Source of the DNA: Eledone cirrhosa
Taxonomy: Eukaryota
Direction of reading: 5' to 3'
DNA length: 64,000 nt
Assembly: GCA_964016885.1 (NCBI GenBank)
Contig: OZ024742.1
Coordinates: 349,618,001-349,682,000, forward strand
Below are positions 1 through 18,600 of the stretch, in pieces (the first letter of the stretch is position 1; each line of letters starts with the position of its first letter). The translations under genes were made by a program, and so were the position numbers. A model generated the notes under the pieces. The model was given only the letters and a program-made list of their open reading frames with translations, was not told the origin of the DNA and searched no databases.

Positions 1-276
1 TATATATCTTATAGATGTTATATATATGTTATATATATGTTATATAATTTATATATATTATACATATGTTATATATATATGTTATATATATATGTTATAT
101 ATATGTTATATATATGTTATATATATGTTATATATGTGTTATATATGTTATATATATATGTTATATATGTTATATATGTGTTATATATATGTTATACATG
201 TTATATATATGTTATATATAAGTTATATATATGTTATATATATGTTATATATGTTATATATATATATATATATATA

Positions 277-400
277 ATGGTGAATGCGTGTGGCTGACTT
301 TTTAGAGATTTGGATTCGCAATCGTAAGGTTGTGAGTTCGATTCCTGGACCAGGCTATGCGTTATATCCTTGAGCAAGACACTTTATTTCACGTTGCTCC
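277..400 (+). mobile_element. tRNA-derived SINE, 3'-truncated (CORE-like central segment), copy 1
   Basis: Degenerate Pol III A box (gtggctgacttttag, ~290-304) and B box GAGTTCGATTCC at 334-345. These are followed by tccttgagcaagacactttatttcac, which resembles the CORE-SINE domain (gtgaccttgggcaagtcactt). It is preceded by a pure (AT)n tract, and the similarity ends abruptly at gctcc (400). Family assignment is from recall. Confidence 0.75.
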
Positions 401-503
401 TTCTACCTAGAGTTGCGACCGATAGATAGTATTAGCAATTGTAAAAACCAACGGAAACATTGTTCCGTCGGTCCGATTTGACGAAAGTCGATCGTTCATT
501 TTT
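401..503. other. Non-repetitive ~100-bp segment with nested inverted repeats, directly abutting the satellite (copy 1)
   Basis: gaccga (417-422) is complementary to tcggtc (468-473). There is an acggaa/ttccgt stem (~451-468) and a cgatttgac-GAAA-gtcgatcg hairpin (~474-494). A T-run follows, then the satellite resumes with atgttatatttatgtcatatatgttacacatatg. Confidence 0.7.
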
Positions 504-1586
504 ATGTTATATTTATGTCATATATGTTACACATATGTTATATATATATTATATATATGTTATATATATGTTATATATATGTTATATATGTGTTATATAT
601 GTTATATATATGTTATACATATGTTACATATATGTTATATATATGTTATATATATATGCTATATGTATATGTTATACATGTTATATATATGTTATACAAT
701 TTATATATATTATACATATGTTATATATATGCTATATGTATATGTTATACATGTTATATATATGTTATATATATGTTATACAATTTATATATATTATACA
801 TATGTTATATATATGTTATATATATGTTATATATATGTTATATATATGTTATATATATGGTATATACATATGTTATATACATCTTATATATAGGTTACAC
901 ATATTTTATATATATGTTATAAATATGGTATATATATGTTATACAAATGTTATATATATGGTATATATGTTATATATATGTTATATATATATATGTTATA
1001 TATATGGTATATATATGTTGTGTATGTTATATATATGTTATATATGTGTTATACATATGTTATATATGGTATATACATGTTATATATATGTTATATATAT
1101 GTTATATATATGTTATATATATGTTATATATATGTTATATATCTGTTATATATATATTATATATATGTTATACATATGTTATACATACGTTATACATATG
1201 TTATACATATATTATATATATGTCATATACATTTTATATATGTTATATATATGTTATATATATATGTTATATATATGTTATACATATGTTATACATATGT
1301 TATATATATGTTATATATATGTTATACATATGTTATATATATGATATATATATATGTTATATATATGTTATATATATGTTATACATTTGTTATATATATG
1401 ATATATATATATGTTATATATATGTTAGATATATGTTATATATATGTTATATATATGTTATATATATGTTATACAAATGTTATATATATGGTATATATAT
1501 GTGATATATATGGTATATATATATGTTATATATATGTATATATATGTTGTGTATGCTATATATATGTTATATATATGTTATATATG

Positions 1587-1633
<47 letters not shown>

Positions 1634-1635
<2 letters not shown>

Positions 1636-1757
1636 GGTGAAGGCGTGTGGCTGACTTTTTAGAGATTTGGATTCGCAATCGTAAGGTTGTGAGTTCGATT
1701 CCTGGACCAGGCTATGCGTTATATCCTTGAGCAAGACACTTTATTTCACGTAGCTCC
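1634..1757 (+). mobile_element. tRNA-derived SINE, 3'-truncated, copy 2 (part of a 1357-bp duplication)
   Basis: Same sequence as 277-400 at offset 1357 with two substitutions (T285 to G1642, T395 to A1752). The upstream (AT)n tract is longer (~1588-1633). Confidence 0.75.
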
Positions 1758-1860
1758 TTCTACCTAGAGTTGCGACCGATAGATAGTATTAGCAATTGTA
1801 AAAACCAACGGAAACATTGTTCCGTCGGTCCGATTTGACGAAAGTCGATCGTTCATTTTT
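1758..1860. other. Second copy of the structured non-repetitive segment (401-503)
   Basis: Matches 401-503 at offset 1357 and is followed by the same satellite start. ORF-track proteins 460..1344 and 1817..2701 are identical. Confidence 0.8.
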
Positions 1861-3595
1861 ATGTTATATTTATGTCATATATGTTACACATATGTTATAT
1901 ATATATTATATATATGTTATATATATGTTATATATATGTTATATATGTGTTATATATGTTATATATATGTTATACATATGTTACATATATGTTATATATA
2001 TGTTATATATATATGCTATATGTATATGTTATACATGTTATATATATGTTATACAATTTATATATATTATACATATGTTATATATATGCTATATGTATAT
2101 GTTATACATGTTATATATATGTTATATATATGTTATACAATTTATATATATTATACATATGTTATATATATGTTATATATATGTTATATATATGTTATAT
2201 ATATGTTATATATATGGTATATACATATGTTATATACATCTTATATATAGGTTACACATATTTTATATATATGTTATAAATATGGTATATATATGTTATA
2301 CAAATGTTATATATATGGTATATATGTTATATATATGTTATATATATATATGTTATATATATGGTATATATATGTTGTGTATGTTATATATATGTTATAT
2401 ATGTGTTATACATATGTTATATATGGTATATACATGTTATATATATGTTATATATATGTTATATATATGTTATATATATGTTATATATATGTTATATATC
2501 TGTTATATATATATTATATATATGTTATACATATGTTATACATACGTTATACATATGTTATACATATATTATATATATGTCATATACATTTTATATATGT
2601 TATATATATGTTATATATATATGTTATATATATGTTATACATATGTTATACATATGTTATATATATGTTATATATATGTTATACATATGTTATATATATG
2701 ATATATATATATGTTATATATATGTTATATATATGTTATACATTTGTTATATATATGATATATATATATGTTATATATATGTTAGATATATGTTATATAT
2801 ATGTTATATATATGTTATATATATGTTATATATATGTTATATATCTGTTATATATATATTATATATATGTTATACATATGTTATACATACGTTATACATA
2901 TGTTATACATATATTATATATATGTCATATACATTTTATATATGTTATATATATGTTATATATATATGTTATATATATGTTATACATATGTTATACATAT
3001 GTTATATATATGTTATATGTATGTTATATATATGTTATATATACATGTTATATATATGTTATATATGTTATATATATGTTATATATATGTTATATATATA
3101 TTATATATATGTTTTATATGTTATCTATATGTTATATATATGTTATATATAAGTTATATATGTTATATATATGTTATACATATGTTATATATATGATATA
3201 TATGTTATATATATGTTATATATATGTTATACATTTGTTATATATATGATATATATATATGTTATATATATGTTAGATATATGTTATATATATGTTATAT
3301 ATATGTTATATATATATGTTATACAAATGTTATATATATGGTATATATATGTGATATATATGTTATATATATATGTTATATATATGTATATATATGTTGT
3401 GTATGCTATATATATGTTATATATATGTTATACATATGTTATATGTATGGTATATATATATGTTACATATAGGTTATATATATGTTATATATATGTTATA
3501 TATATGTTATATATATGTTATACATTTGTTATATATATATGATATATATATATGTTATATATATGTTATACATATGTTATATATATGTTATATAA

Positions 3596-3633
3596 CGTCG
3601 GTCCGATTTGACGAAAGTCGATCGTTCCTTTTT
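3596..3633. other. Partial third copy of the structured segment (GAAA hairpin plus a few flanking bases)
   Basis: cgtcggtccgatttgacgaaagtcgatcgttccttttt is embedded in satellite, has one substitution versus copies 1 and 2, and is followed by the same satellite start sequence. Confidence 0.85.
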
Positions 3634-6600
3634 ATGTTATATTTATGTCATATATGTTACACATATGTTATATATATATTATATATATGTTATATATATG
3701 TTATATATATGTTATATATGTGTTATATATGTTATATATATGTTATATATATGTTATATATATATGCTATATGTATATGTTATACATGTTATATATATGT
3801 TATATATATGTTATACAATTTATATATATTATACATATGTTATATATATGCTATATGTATATGTTATACATGTAATATATATGTTATATATATGTTATAC
3901 AATTTATACATATTATACATATGTTATATATATGTTATATATATGTTATATATATGTTATATATATGTTATATATATGTTATACACATGTTCTACATATG
4001 TTATATATATGTTATATATATGTTATACATATGTTATATATATATTGTATATACATATGTTATATATATCTTATATATAGGTTACATATATTTTATATAT
4101 ATGTTATATATATGGTATATATATGTTATACAAATGTTATATATATGGTATATGTGTTATATATATGTTATATATATATATTATATATATGTTATATATA
4201 TGTTGTGTATGTTATATATATGTTATATATATGTTATACATATGTTATATATGGTATATACATGTTATATATATGTTATATATATGTTATATATATGTTA
4301 TATATATGTTATGTATATGTTATATATCTGTTATATACGTGTTATATATATGATATATATATATATTATATATATGTTATACATATGTTATACATACGTT
4401 ATACATATGTTATACATATATTATATATATGTCATATATATGTTATGTATATTATATATGTTATATATATATGTTATATATATGTTATACATATGTTATA
4501 CATATGTTATATATATGTTATATATATGTTATATATATATTATATATATGTTATATATAAGTTATATATGTTATATATATGTTATACATATGTTATATAT
4601 ATGATATATATATATATGTTATATATATGTTATATATATGTTATACATATGTTATACATATTTATAACATATGTTATATATGTGTTATATATATGTTATA
4701 TATGTTATATATATGTTATATATATGTTACATATAGGTTATATATATGTTATATATATGTTATATATATGTTATATATATGTTATACATTTGTTATATAT
4801 ATGTTATATATATATGTTATATATATGTTATATATATGTTATATATATGTTATACAAATGTTATATATATGGTATATATATGTGATATATATGTTATATA
4901 TATATTTTATATATATGTATATATATGTTGTGTATGCTATATTTATGTTATATATATGTTATACATATGTTATATGTATGGTATATATATATGTTATATA
5001 TATGTTATATATAGGTTATATATATGTTATATATATGTTATATATTTGTTATATATATGTTATACATTTGTTATATATATGATATATATATATGTTATAT
5101 ATATGTTATACATGTTATATATATGTTATATATATGTTATATATCTGTTATATATGTGTTATATATATGATATATATATATTATATATATGTTATATATA
5201 TGTTATACATATGTTATACATATGTTATATATATGTTATATATATGTTATATATATGTTATATATGTGTTATATATATGATATATATATTATATATATGT
5301 TATACATATGTTATACATACGTTATACATATGTTATACATATATTATATATATGTCATATATATTTTATATATGTTATATATATTTATATATATATGTTA
5401 TATATATGTTATACATATGTTATACATATGTTATATATATGTTATATATATTATATATATGTTATATATGTTATCTATATGTTATATATATGTTATATAT
5501 AAGTTATATATGTTATATATTGGTTATATATATGTTATATATGTTATATACAAGTTATACATATGTTATATATATGTTATATATATGTTATATATAAGTT
5601 ATATATATGTTATATATATCTTATACATATGTTATATATATGATATATATATATGTTATATATATGTTATATATATGTTATACATATGTTATACATATTT
5701 ATAACATATGTTATATATGTGTTATATATATGTTATATATGTTATATATATATTATATATGTTACATATAGGTTATATATATGTTATATATATGTTATAT
5801 ATATGTTATATATACGTTATACATATGTTATATATATATGGTATATATATAAGTTATATATATGTTATATATATGTTATATATATGTTATATATATGTTA
5901 TATATATGTTATATATAGGTTATATATATGTTATATATCTGTTATATATGTGTTATATATATGATATATATATATATTATATATATGTTATACATATGTT
6001 ATACATACGTTATACATATGTTATACATATGTTATATATATGGCATATATATGTTATATATGTTATATACATGTTATATATATGTTATACATATGTTATA
6101 CATATATTATATATATATTATATATATGTTATATATATGTTATATATATGTTATATATATGTTATATATGTTATATATGTTATATATATGTTATATATGT
6201 TATATATATGTTATATATATGTTATATATATGTTATATATGTCATATATATGTTATATATGTTATATATGTTATATATATGTTATACGTATTTTATATAT
6301 ATGTTATATATGTTATATATATGTTATATATATGTTATATAAATGTTATATATATGTTAGATATGTTATATATATGTTATATATATGTTATATATATGTT
6401 ATATATGTTATATATATGTTATATATATGTCATAGATATGTTATACATATGTTATATGTTATATATGGTACATATTTGTTATATACATGTTATATATATG
6501 TTATATGTGTTATATATATGTTATATAATATGTTATATATATGTTATACATATATGCTATATGTATATGTTATATATATGTTATAGTTATGTTATATATA

Positions 6601-9600
6601 TATGCTATATATGTTATATATGTTATATATATGTTATATGTTATATATATGTTATATATGTTATACATATGTTATATATATGTTATATATATGTTATATA
6701 TATGTTATATATGTTATATATGTCATATATATGTTATATATATGATATACATATGTTATCTATATGTTATATATATGTTATATATATGTTATATATATGT
6801 TATATATATGTTATATATATGTTATATATATGTTATATATATCTTATACATGTTATATATATGTTATATATATGTTATATAATTTATATATATTATACAT
6901 ATGTTATATATATATGTTATATATATATATGTTATATATATGTTATATATATGTTATATATATGTTATATATGTGTTATATATGTTATATATATGTTATA
7001 TATGTTATATATGTGTTATATATGTGGTATATATATGTGATATATATGTTATATATATATGTTATATATATGTATATATATGTTGTGTATGATATATATA
7101 TGTTATATATATGTTATATACAGGTTATATATATGTTATATATATGTAATATATATGTTTTATATATGTTATATATATGTTATATATGTCATATATATGT
7201 TATATATATATGTTATGTACGTGTTATATACATGATATATATATATATATATTATATATATGTTATACATAATTTATACATATGTTATACATATGTTATA
7301 CATATGTTATATATATGTTATATATATGTTATATATGTTATGTATATGATATATATATATATATTATACATATGTTATACATATGTTATACATATGTTAT
7401 ATATATATTATATATATGTTATATATATGTTATATATATGTTATATATATGTTATATATGTTATATATATGTCATATATATGTTATACATATGTTATATA
7501 TATGTAACATATATGTTATATATATGTTATATATGTTATATATATGTCATATATGTTATATATATGTTATATATATTACATATATGTTATATATATATTA
7601 TATATGTTATATATATGTCATATATTTTATATATATGTTATATATATGTTATATATATACGCTATATGTATATGTTATATATATGTTATATATATGTTAT
7701 ATATATATGTTATATATGTTATATATGTTATATATATGTTATATATATGTTATATATATGTTATATATATGTTTTATATGTGTTATATATATGTTATATA
7801 TATGTTATATATGTTATATAATTCATATATATTATACATATGTTATGTATATGTTATATATATGTTATATATGTTATATATATGTTATATATATGTTATA
7901 TATATGTTATATATGTTATATATAGGTTATATATATGTTATATATGTTATATATATGTTATACATATGTTATATATATGTTATATATATGTTATATATAT
8001 GTTATATATATATTATATATATGTTATATATGTTATCTATATCTTATATATATGTTATATATAAGTTATATATGTTATATATAGGTTATATATATGTTAT
8101 ATATATGTTATATATATGTTATATATCTTATACATGTTATATATATGTTATTTAATTTATATATATTATACATATGTTATATATATATACGTTATATATA
8201 TATGTTATATATATGTCATATATATCTTATATATGTGTTATATATGTTATATATGTTATATATTTTATATATGTGTTATATATGTGTTATATCTGTTATA
8301 TATATGATATATATATGTTATATATATGTTATATATATGTTATATATGTTATATATGTTATATATATGTTATAAATATGTTATATATATGTTATATATGT
8401 TACATATGTTATATACAGGTTATATATATGTTATATATAAGTTATATATGTTATATATATGTTATATATATGCCATATATATGTTATATATATGTTATAT
8501 ATATGTTATATATATGTTATACATATGTTATATATGGTATATATATGTTATACATATGTTATATATATGATATATATATATATGTTATACATATGATATA
8601 TATATGTTATATATATGTTATATATATGTTATATATATGTTATATATATATGCTATATGTATATGTTATACATGTTATATATATGTTATATATATGTTAT
8701 ATATATGTTATATATATGTTATATACATGTTATACATATGTTATATATATGTTATATATATGGTATACATATGTTATATATATGGTATATACATATGTTA
8801 TATATATCTTATATATATGTTATATATATGTTCTATATAAGTTATATATATGTCATATATATGTTATACAATTGTTATATATATGTTATATATGTTATAT
8901 ATATGTTATATATATATGTTATATATATGTTATATATATGTTATATATATGTTATATATATGTTATATATGTTATATACATGTTGTACATATGTTATATA
9001 TATGTTATATATATGTTATATATAAGTTATATATATGTTATATATATGTTATACATATGTTATATATATGAATATATATATATGTGTTATATATATGTTA
9101 TATATGTTAAATATATGTTATATATATTATATATATGATATATATATGTTATATATATGTTATATATATGTTATATATAAGTTATATATATGTTATATAT
9201 ATGTTCTATATATGTTATATATATGTTATATATATATTATATATATGTTATATATGTTATCTATATCTTATATATATGTTATATATAAGTTATATATGTT
9301 ATATATAGGTTATATATATGTTATATATATGTTATATATAGGTTATATATATGTTATATATGTTATATATATGTTATACATATGTTATATATATGTTATA
9401 TATATGTTATACATATGTTATATATATGAATATATATATATATATATATGTAATATATATGTTATATATGTTATATATATGTTATATATATGTTATATAT
9501 ATTATATATATGAAATATATATGTTATATATATGTTATATATATGTTATACATATGTTATATATATGATATATATATATATGTTATACATATGATATATA

Positions 9601-12600
9601 TATGTTATACATATGTTATACATATTTATAACATATGTTGTATATATATGTTATATATATGTTATATATTTTATATATATCTTATATATGTGTTATATAT
9701 GTTATATATGTTATACATGTTATATATGTGTTATATATGTGTTATACATGTTATACATATGTTATATATATGTTATATATATGTTATATATATGTTATAT
9801 ATATATCCTATATGTATATGTTATACATGTTATATATATGTTATATATATGTTATATATATATCCTATATGTATATGTTATACATGTTATATATATGTTA
9901 TATATATGTTATATATATGTTATACACATGTTATACATATGTTATATATATGTTATATATATGGTATACATATGTTATATATATGGTATATACATATGTT
10001 ATATATATCTTATATATATGTTATATATATGTTCTAATATTTGTTATATATATGTTATATATATGTTATACAAATGTTATATATATGTTATATATGTTAT
10101 ATATATGTTATATATATATGTTATATATATGTTATATATATATGTTGTGTATGTTATATATATGTTATATATATGTTATACATATGTTATATATATGTTA
10201 TATATATGTTATATATACGTTATATATCTGTTATATATCTGTTATATATATGTTATACATATGTTATACATACGTTATACATATGTTATACAAATATTAT
10301 ATATATGTCATATATATTTTATATATGTATTATATGTTATATATATATGTTATATATATGTTATACATATGTTATACATATGTTATATATATGTTATATA
10401 TATGTTATATATGTTATATATATGTTATACATATGTTATATATATGTTATATATATGTTATATATAAGTTATATATATGTTATATATATGTTATACATAT
10501 GTTATATATATGATATATATATATGTTATATATATGTTATATATATGTTATACATATGTTATACATATTTATAACATATGTTATATATGTGTTATATATA
10601 TGTTATATATGTTATATATATGTTATATATATTTTACATATAGGTTATATATATGTTATATATAATTTACATATAGGTTATATATATATTATATATGTTA
10701 TATATATGTTATATATATGTTATACATATGTTATATATATGGTATATAGATATGTTATATATATGTTATATATATGTTATATATATGGTATATATATGTT
10801 ATATATATGTTATATATATGATATATATATGTTATACAAATGTTATATATATGGTATATATATGTGATATATATGTTATATATATGTTATATATATGTAT
10901 ATATATGTTGTGTATGCTATATATATGTTATATATATGTTATACATATGTTATATGTATGGTATATATATATGTTATATATATGTTATATATATGTTATA
11001 TATATGTTATATATATGTTATATATCTGTTATATATGTGTTATATATATGATATATATATATTATATATATGTTATACATATGTTATACATACGTTATAC
11101 ATATGTTATACATATATTATATATATTATATATATTTTATATATGTTATATATATGTTATATATATATGTTATATATATGTTATACATATGTTACACATA
11201 TGTTATATATATGTTATATATATGTTATATAGATGTTATATATATGTTCTATATATGTTATATATATGTTATATGTTATATATATGTTATATATATGTTA
11301 TATATATATTATATATATATTATATATGTTATATATATGTTATATATATGTTATATATAAGTTATATATGTTATATATATGTTATACAAAAGTTATATAT
11401 ATTTTATATATATGTTATATATAAGTTATATATATGTTATATATATGTTATACATGTTATACATATTTATAACATATGTTATATATATGTTATATATATG
11501 TTATATATGTTATATATATGTTAAATATATGTTATATATATGCTATATATGTTATATATGTTATATATATGTTATATATATGTTATACAAATGTTATACA
11601 TATTTATAACATATGTTATATATATGTTATATATATGTTATATATGTTATATATATGTTAAATATATGTTACATATAGGTTATATATATGTTATATATAT
11701 GTTATATATATGTTATATATATGTTATATATGTTATATATATGTTATATATATGTTATATATATGTTTTACATGTTATATATATGTTATATATATGTTAT
11801 ATAATTTATATATATTATACATATGTTATATACATGTTATAAATGTTATATATATGTTAGATATATGTTATATATATGTTATATATATGTTATACACATG
11901 TTATACATATGTTATATATATGTTATATATATGTTATATATATGTTATATATATGTTATATATATGTTATATATATGTTATATATGTTATATATATGTTA
12001 TATATATGTTATATATATGTTATATATATATTATATATATGTTATATATGTTATCTATATGTTATATATATGTTATATATAAGTTATATATGTTATATAT
12101 AGGTTATATATATGTTATATATGTTATATATATGTTATACATATGTTATATATATGTTATATATATCTTATATATAAGTTATATATATGTTATATATATG
12201 TTATACATATGTTATATATATGAATATATATATATGTGTCATATATATGTTATATATGTTAAATATATGTTATATATATTATATATATGATATATATATG
12301 TTATATATATGTTATACATATGTTATACATATGTTATATATATGTTATATATATGTTATACATATGTTATATATATGATATATATATATATATATATGTT
12401 ATATAGGTTATATATATGTTATATATATCTTATATATATGTAATATATATGTTATATATATGTTATATATATGTTATATATGTTATATATATGTTATATA
12501 TATATGTTATATATGTGTTATATACATGATATATATATATATATATTATATATATGTTATACATAATTTATACATATGTTATATATATGTTTTATATATG

Positions 12601-15600
12601 TTATATATGTTATGCATATGTTATATATATATATTATACATATGTTACTCATATGTTATACATACGTTATATATATATTATATATGTTAAATATATGTCA
12701 TATATGTTATATATATGTTATATATATGTTATATATATGTTATATATGTTATATATGTTATATATATGTATACGTATGTTATATATATGATATATATGTT
12801 ACATATTTGTTATATATATGTTATATATATGTTATATATGTTATATATATGATATATATATGTTATATATATGTTACATATATGTTATATATATATTATA
12901 TATGTTATATATATGTCATATATGTTATATATATGTTATATATATATGTTATATATGTTATATATGCTATATATATGTTATATATATGTTATATATATGT
13001 TTTATATGTGTTATATATATGTTATATATATGTTATATATGTTATATAATTTATATATATTATACATATGTTATATATATGCTATATATATGTTATATAT
13101 GTTATATATATGTTATATATATGTTATATATATGTTATATATGTTATATATAGGTTATATATATGTTATATATGTTATTTATATGTTATACATATGTTAT
13201 ATATATGTTATATATATGTTATATATAATTTATATATATGTTATATATATGATATATATATGTTATATATATGTTATATATATATTATATATATGTTATA
13301 TATGTTATTTATATCTTATATATATGTTATATATAAGTTATATATGTTTTATATAGGTTATATATATGTTATATATATGTTATATATATGTTATATATAT
13401 GTTATATATATATTATATATGTTATCTATATCTTATATATATGTTATATATAAGTTATATATGTTATATATAGGTTGTATATATGTTATATATATGTTAT
13501 ATATATGTTATATATATGTTATATATATCTTATACATGTTATATATAAGTTATATAATTTATATATATTATACATATGTTATATATATATGTTATATATA
13601 TATGTTATATATATGTCATATATATCTTATATATGTGTTATATATGTTATATATGTTATATATTTTATATATGTGTTATATACATGTTATATATTTTATA
13701 TATATGTTAGATATATGTTATATATATGTTATATATATGTTATACACATGTTATACATATGTTATATATATGTTATATATATGTTATATATATGTCATAT
13801 ATATGTTATATATATGTTATATATATGTTATATATATGTTAAATATATGTTATATATATGTTATATACGTTATATATATGTTATATATAAGTTATATATG
13901 TTATATATATGTTATATATATGTTATATATATGTTATATATGTTATATATATGTTATATATATGTTATATATATATGTTATATATGTGTTATATACATGA
14001 TATATATATATATTATATATATTTTATACATAATTTATACATATGTTATACATATGTCATACATATGTTATATATATGTTATATATATGTTATATATGTT
14101 ATGTATATGTTATATATATATATTATACATATGTTATACATATGTTATACATATGTTATATATATATTATATATATGTTATATATATGTTATATATGTTA
14201 TATATATGTCATATATGTTATATATATGTTATATATGTTATGTATATGTTATACATATGTCATATATATGTTACATATATATTATATATATGTTATATAT
14301 GCTATTTATATATTATATATATGTTATATATAAGTTATATATGTTATATATAGGTTATATATATGTTATATATATGTTATATATATGTTATATATATGTT
14401 ATATATATGTTATATATGTTATCTATGTCTTATATATATGTTATATATAAGTTATATATGTTATATATAGATTATATATATGTTATATATATGTTATATA
14501 TATGTTATATATATGTTATATATATCTTATACATGTTATATATATGTTATATAATTTATATATATTATAAATATGTTATATATATATGTTATATATATAT
14601 GTTATATATATGTCATATATGTCTTATATATGTTATATATATGTTATATATGTTATACATATGTTATAAATATGTTATATATATGTTATATATGTTACAT
14701 ATGTTATATACAGGTTATATATATGTTATATATAAGTTATATATGTTATATATATGTTATATATATGCCATATATATGTTATATATATGTTATATATATG
14801 TTATATATATGTTATACATATGTTATATATGGTATATATATGTTATACATATGTTATATATATGTTATATATATGTTATATATATGTTATATATATGTTA
14901 TAAAATTTATATATGTTATACATATGTTATATACATGTTACATATGTTATATATATGTTATATATATGTTATATATATGTTATATATATGTTATACTCAT
15001 GATATACATATGTTATATATATGTTATATATATGTTATATATATGTTATATATATGTTATATATATGTTATATATATGTTATATATGTTATATATATGTT
15101 ATATATATGTTATATATATATTATATATATGTTATATATGTTATCTATATGTTATATATATGTTATATATAAGTTATATATGTTATATATAGGTTATATA
15201 TATGTTATATATGTTATATATATGTTATACATATGTTATATATATGTTATATATATGTTATACATATGTTATATATATGAATATATATATATGTGTTATA
15301 TATATGTTATATATGTTAAATATATGTTATATATATTATATATATGATATATATATGTTATATATATGTTATATATATGTTATATATAAGTTATATATAT
15401 GTTATATATATGTTATATATATGTTATATATATGTTATATATATATTATATAGATGTTATATATGTTATCTATATCTTATATATATGTTATATATAAGTT
15501 ATATATGTTATATATAGGTTATATATATGTTATATATATGTTATATATAGGTTATATATATGTTATATATGTTATATATATGTTATACATATGTTATATA

Positions 15601-18600
15601 TATGTTATATATATGTTATATATAAGTTATATATATGTTATATATATGTTATACATATGTTATATATATGAATATATATATATATATGTTATATATATGT
15701 TATATATGTTATATATATTTTATATATATTATATATATGAAATATATATGTTATATATATGAAATATATATGTTATACATATGTTGTACATATTTATAAC
15801 ATATGTTGTATATATATGTTATATATATGTTATATATGTTATATATATCTTATATATGTGTTATATATGTTATATATGTTATACATGTTATATATGTGTT
15901 ATATATGTATTATACATGTTATATATATGTTATATATATGTTATAGATATGTTATATATATGTTATATATGTTATATATGTTATATATATGTTATATATG
16001 TTATACTTATGTTATATATATGTTATATATATGTTATATATATGTTATACACATGTTATACATATATTATATATATGTTATATATATGGTATACATATGT
16101 TATATATATGGTATATACATATGTTATATATATCTTATATATATATTATATATATGTTCTAATATATGTTATATATATGTTATATATATGTTATACAAAT
16201 GTTATATATATGTTATATATATGTTGTGTATGTTATATATATGTTATATATATGTTATATATATGTTGTGTATGTTATATATATGTTATATATATGTTAT
16301 ACATATGTTATATATGGTATATACATGTTATATATATGTTATATATCTGTTATATATGTGTTATATATATGATATATATATATATTATATATATGTTATA
16401 CATATGTTATACATACGTTATACATATGTTATACATATATTATATATATGTCATATATATTTTATATATGTTATATATGTTATATATATATGTTATATAT
16501 ATGTTATACATATGTTATACATATGTTATATATATGATATATATATATGTTATATATATGTTATATATATGTTATACATATGTTATAAATATTTATAACA
16601 TATGTTATATATGTGTTATATATATGTTATATATGTTATATATATGTTATATATATGTTACATATAGGTTATATATATATTATATATATGTTATATATAT
16701 GTTATATATATGTTATACATATGTTATATATATGGTATATAGATATGTTATATATATGTTATATATATGTTATATATATGTTTTATATGTGTTATATATA
16801 TGTTATATATATGTTATATATGTTATATAATTTATATATATTATACATATGTTATATATATGCTATATATATGTTATATATGTTATATATATGTTATATA
16901 TATGTTATATATATGTTATATATGTTATATATAGGTTATATATATGTTATATATGTTATTTATATGTTATACATATGTTATATATATGTTATATATATGT
17001 TATATATAATTTATATATATGTTATATATATGATATATATATGTTATATATATGTTATATATATATTATATATATGTTATATATGTTATTTATATCTTAT
17101 ATATATGTTATATATAAGTTATATATGTTATATATAGGTTATATATATGTTATATATATGTTATATATATGTTATATATATGTTATATATATATTATATA
17201 TGTTATCTATATCTTATATATATGTTATATATAAGTTATATATGTTATATATAGGTTGTATATATGTTATATATATGTTATATATATGTTATATATATGT
17301 TATATATATCTTATACATGTTATATATAAGTTATATAATTTATATATATTATACATATGTTATATATATATGTTATATATATATGTTATATATATGTCAT
17401 ATATATCTTATATATGTGTTATATATGTTATATATGTTATATATTTTATATATGTGTTATATACATGTTATATATTTTATATATATGTTAGATATATGTT
17501 ATATATATGTTATATATATGTTATACACATGTTATACATATGTTATATATATGTTATATATATGTTATATATATGTCATATATATGTTATATATATGTTA
17601 TATATATGTTATATATATGTTAAATATATGTTATATATATGTTATATACGTTATATATATGTTATATATAAGTTATATATGTTATATATATGTTATATAT
17701 ATGTTATATATATGTTATATATATGTTATATATATGTTATATATATGTTATATATATATGTTATATATGTGTTATATACATGATATATATATTATATATA
17801 TTTTATACATAATTTATACATATGTTATACATATGTCATACATATGTTATATATATGTTATATATATGTTATATATGTTATGTATATGTTATATATATAT
17901 ATTATACATATGTTATACATATGTTATACATATGTTATATATATATTATATATATGTTATATATATGTTATATATGTTATATATATGTCATATATGTTAT
18001 ATATATGTTATATATGTTATGTATATGTTATACATATGTTATATATATGTTACATATATATTATATATATGTTATATATGCTATTTATATCTTATATATA
18101 TGTTATATATAAGTTATATATGTTATATATAGGTTATATATATGTTATATATATGTTATATATATGTTATATATATGTTACTATATATGTTATATATGTT
18201 ATCTATGTCTTATATATATGTTATATATAAGTTATATATGTTATATATAGATTATATATATGTTATATATATATGTTATATATATGTTATATATATGTTA
18301 TATATATCTTATACATGTTATATATATGTTATATAATTTATATATATTATAAATATGTTATATATATATGTTATATATATATGTTATATATATGTCATAT
18401 ATATCTTATATATGTTATATATATGTTATATATGTTATACATATGTTACAAATATGTTATATATATGTTATATATGTTACATATGTTATATACAGGTTAT
18501 ATATATGTTATATATAAGTTATATATGTTATATATATGTTATATATATGCCATATATATGTTATATATATGTTATATATATGTTATATATATGTTATACA

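Noticed and set aside
277-350. Possible tRNA gene (also 1634-1707 and the minus strand around 55455-55541)
   Set aside because: A B box is present, but there is no convincing cloverleaf or acceptor stem and SINE body sequence follows. These are better explained as SINE heads.
474-494. Hammerhead ribozyme (GACGAAAG motif)
   Set aside because: I could not find a CUGANGA core or three-stem junction on either strand; it is only a simple hairpin.
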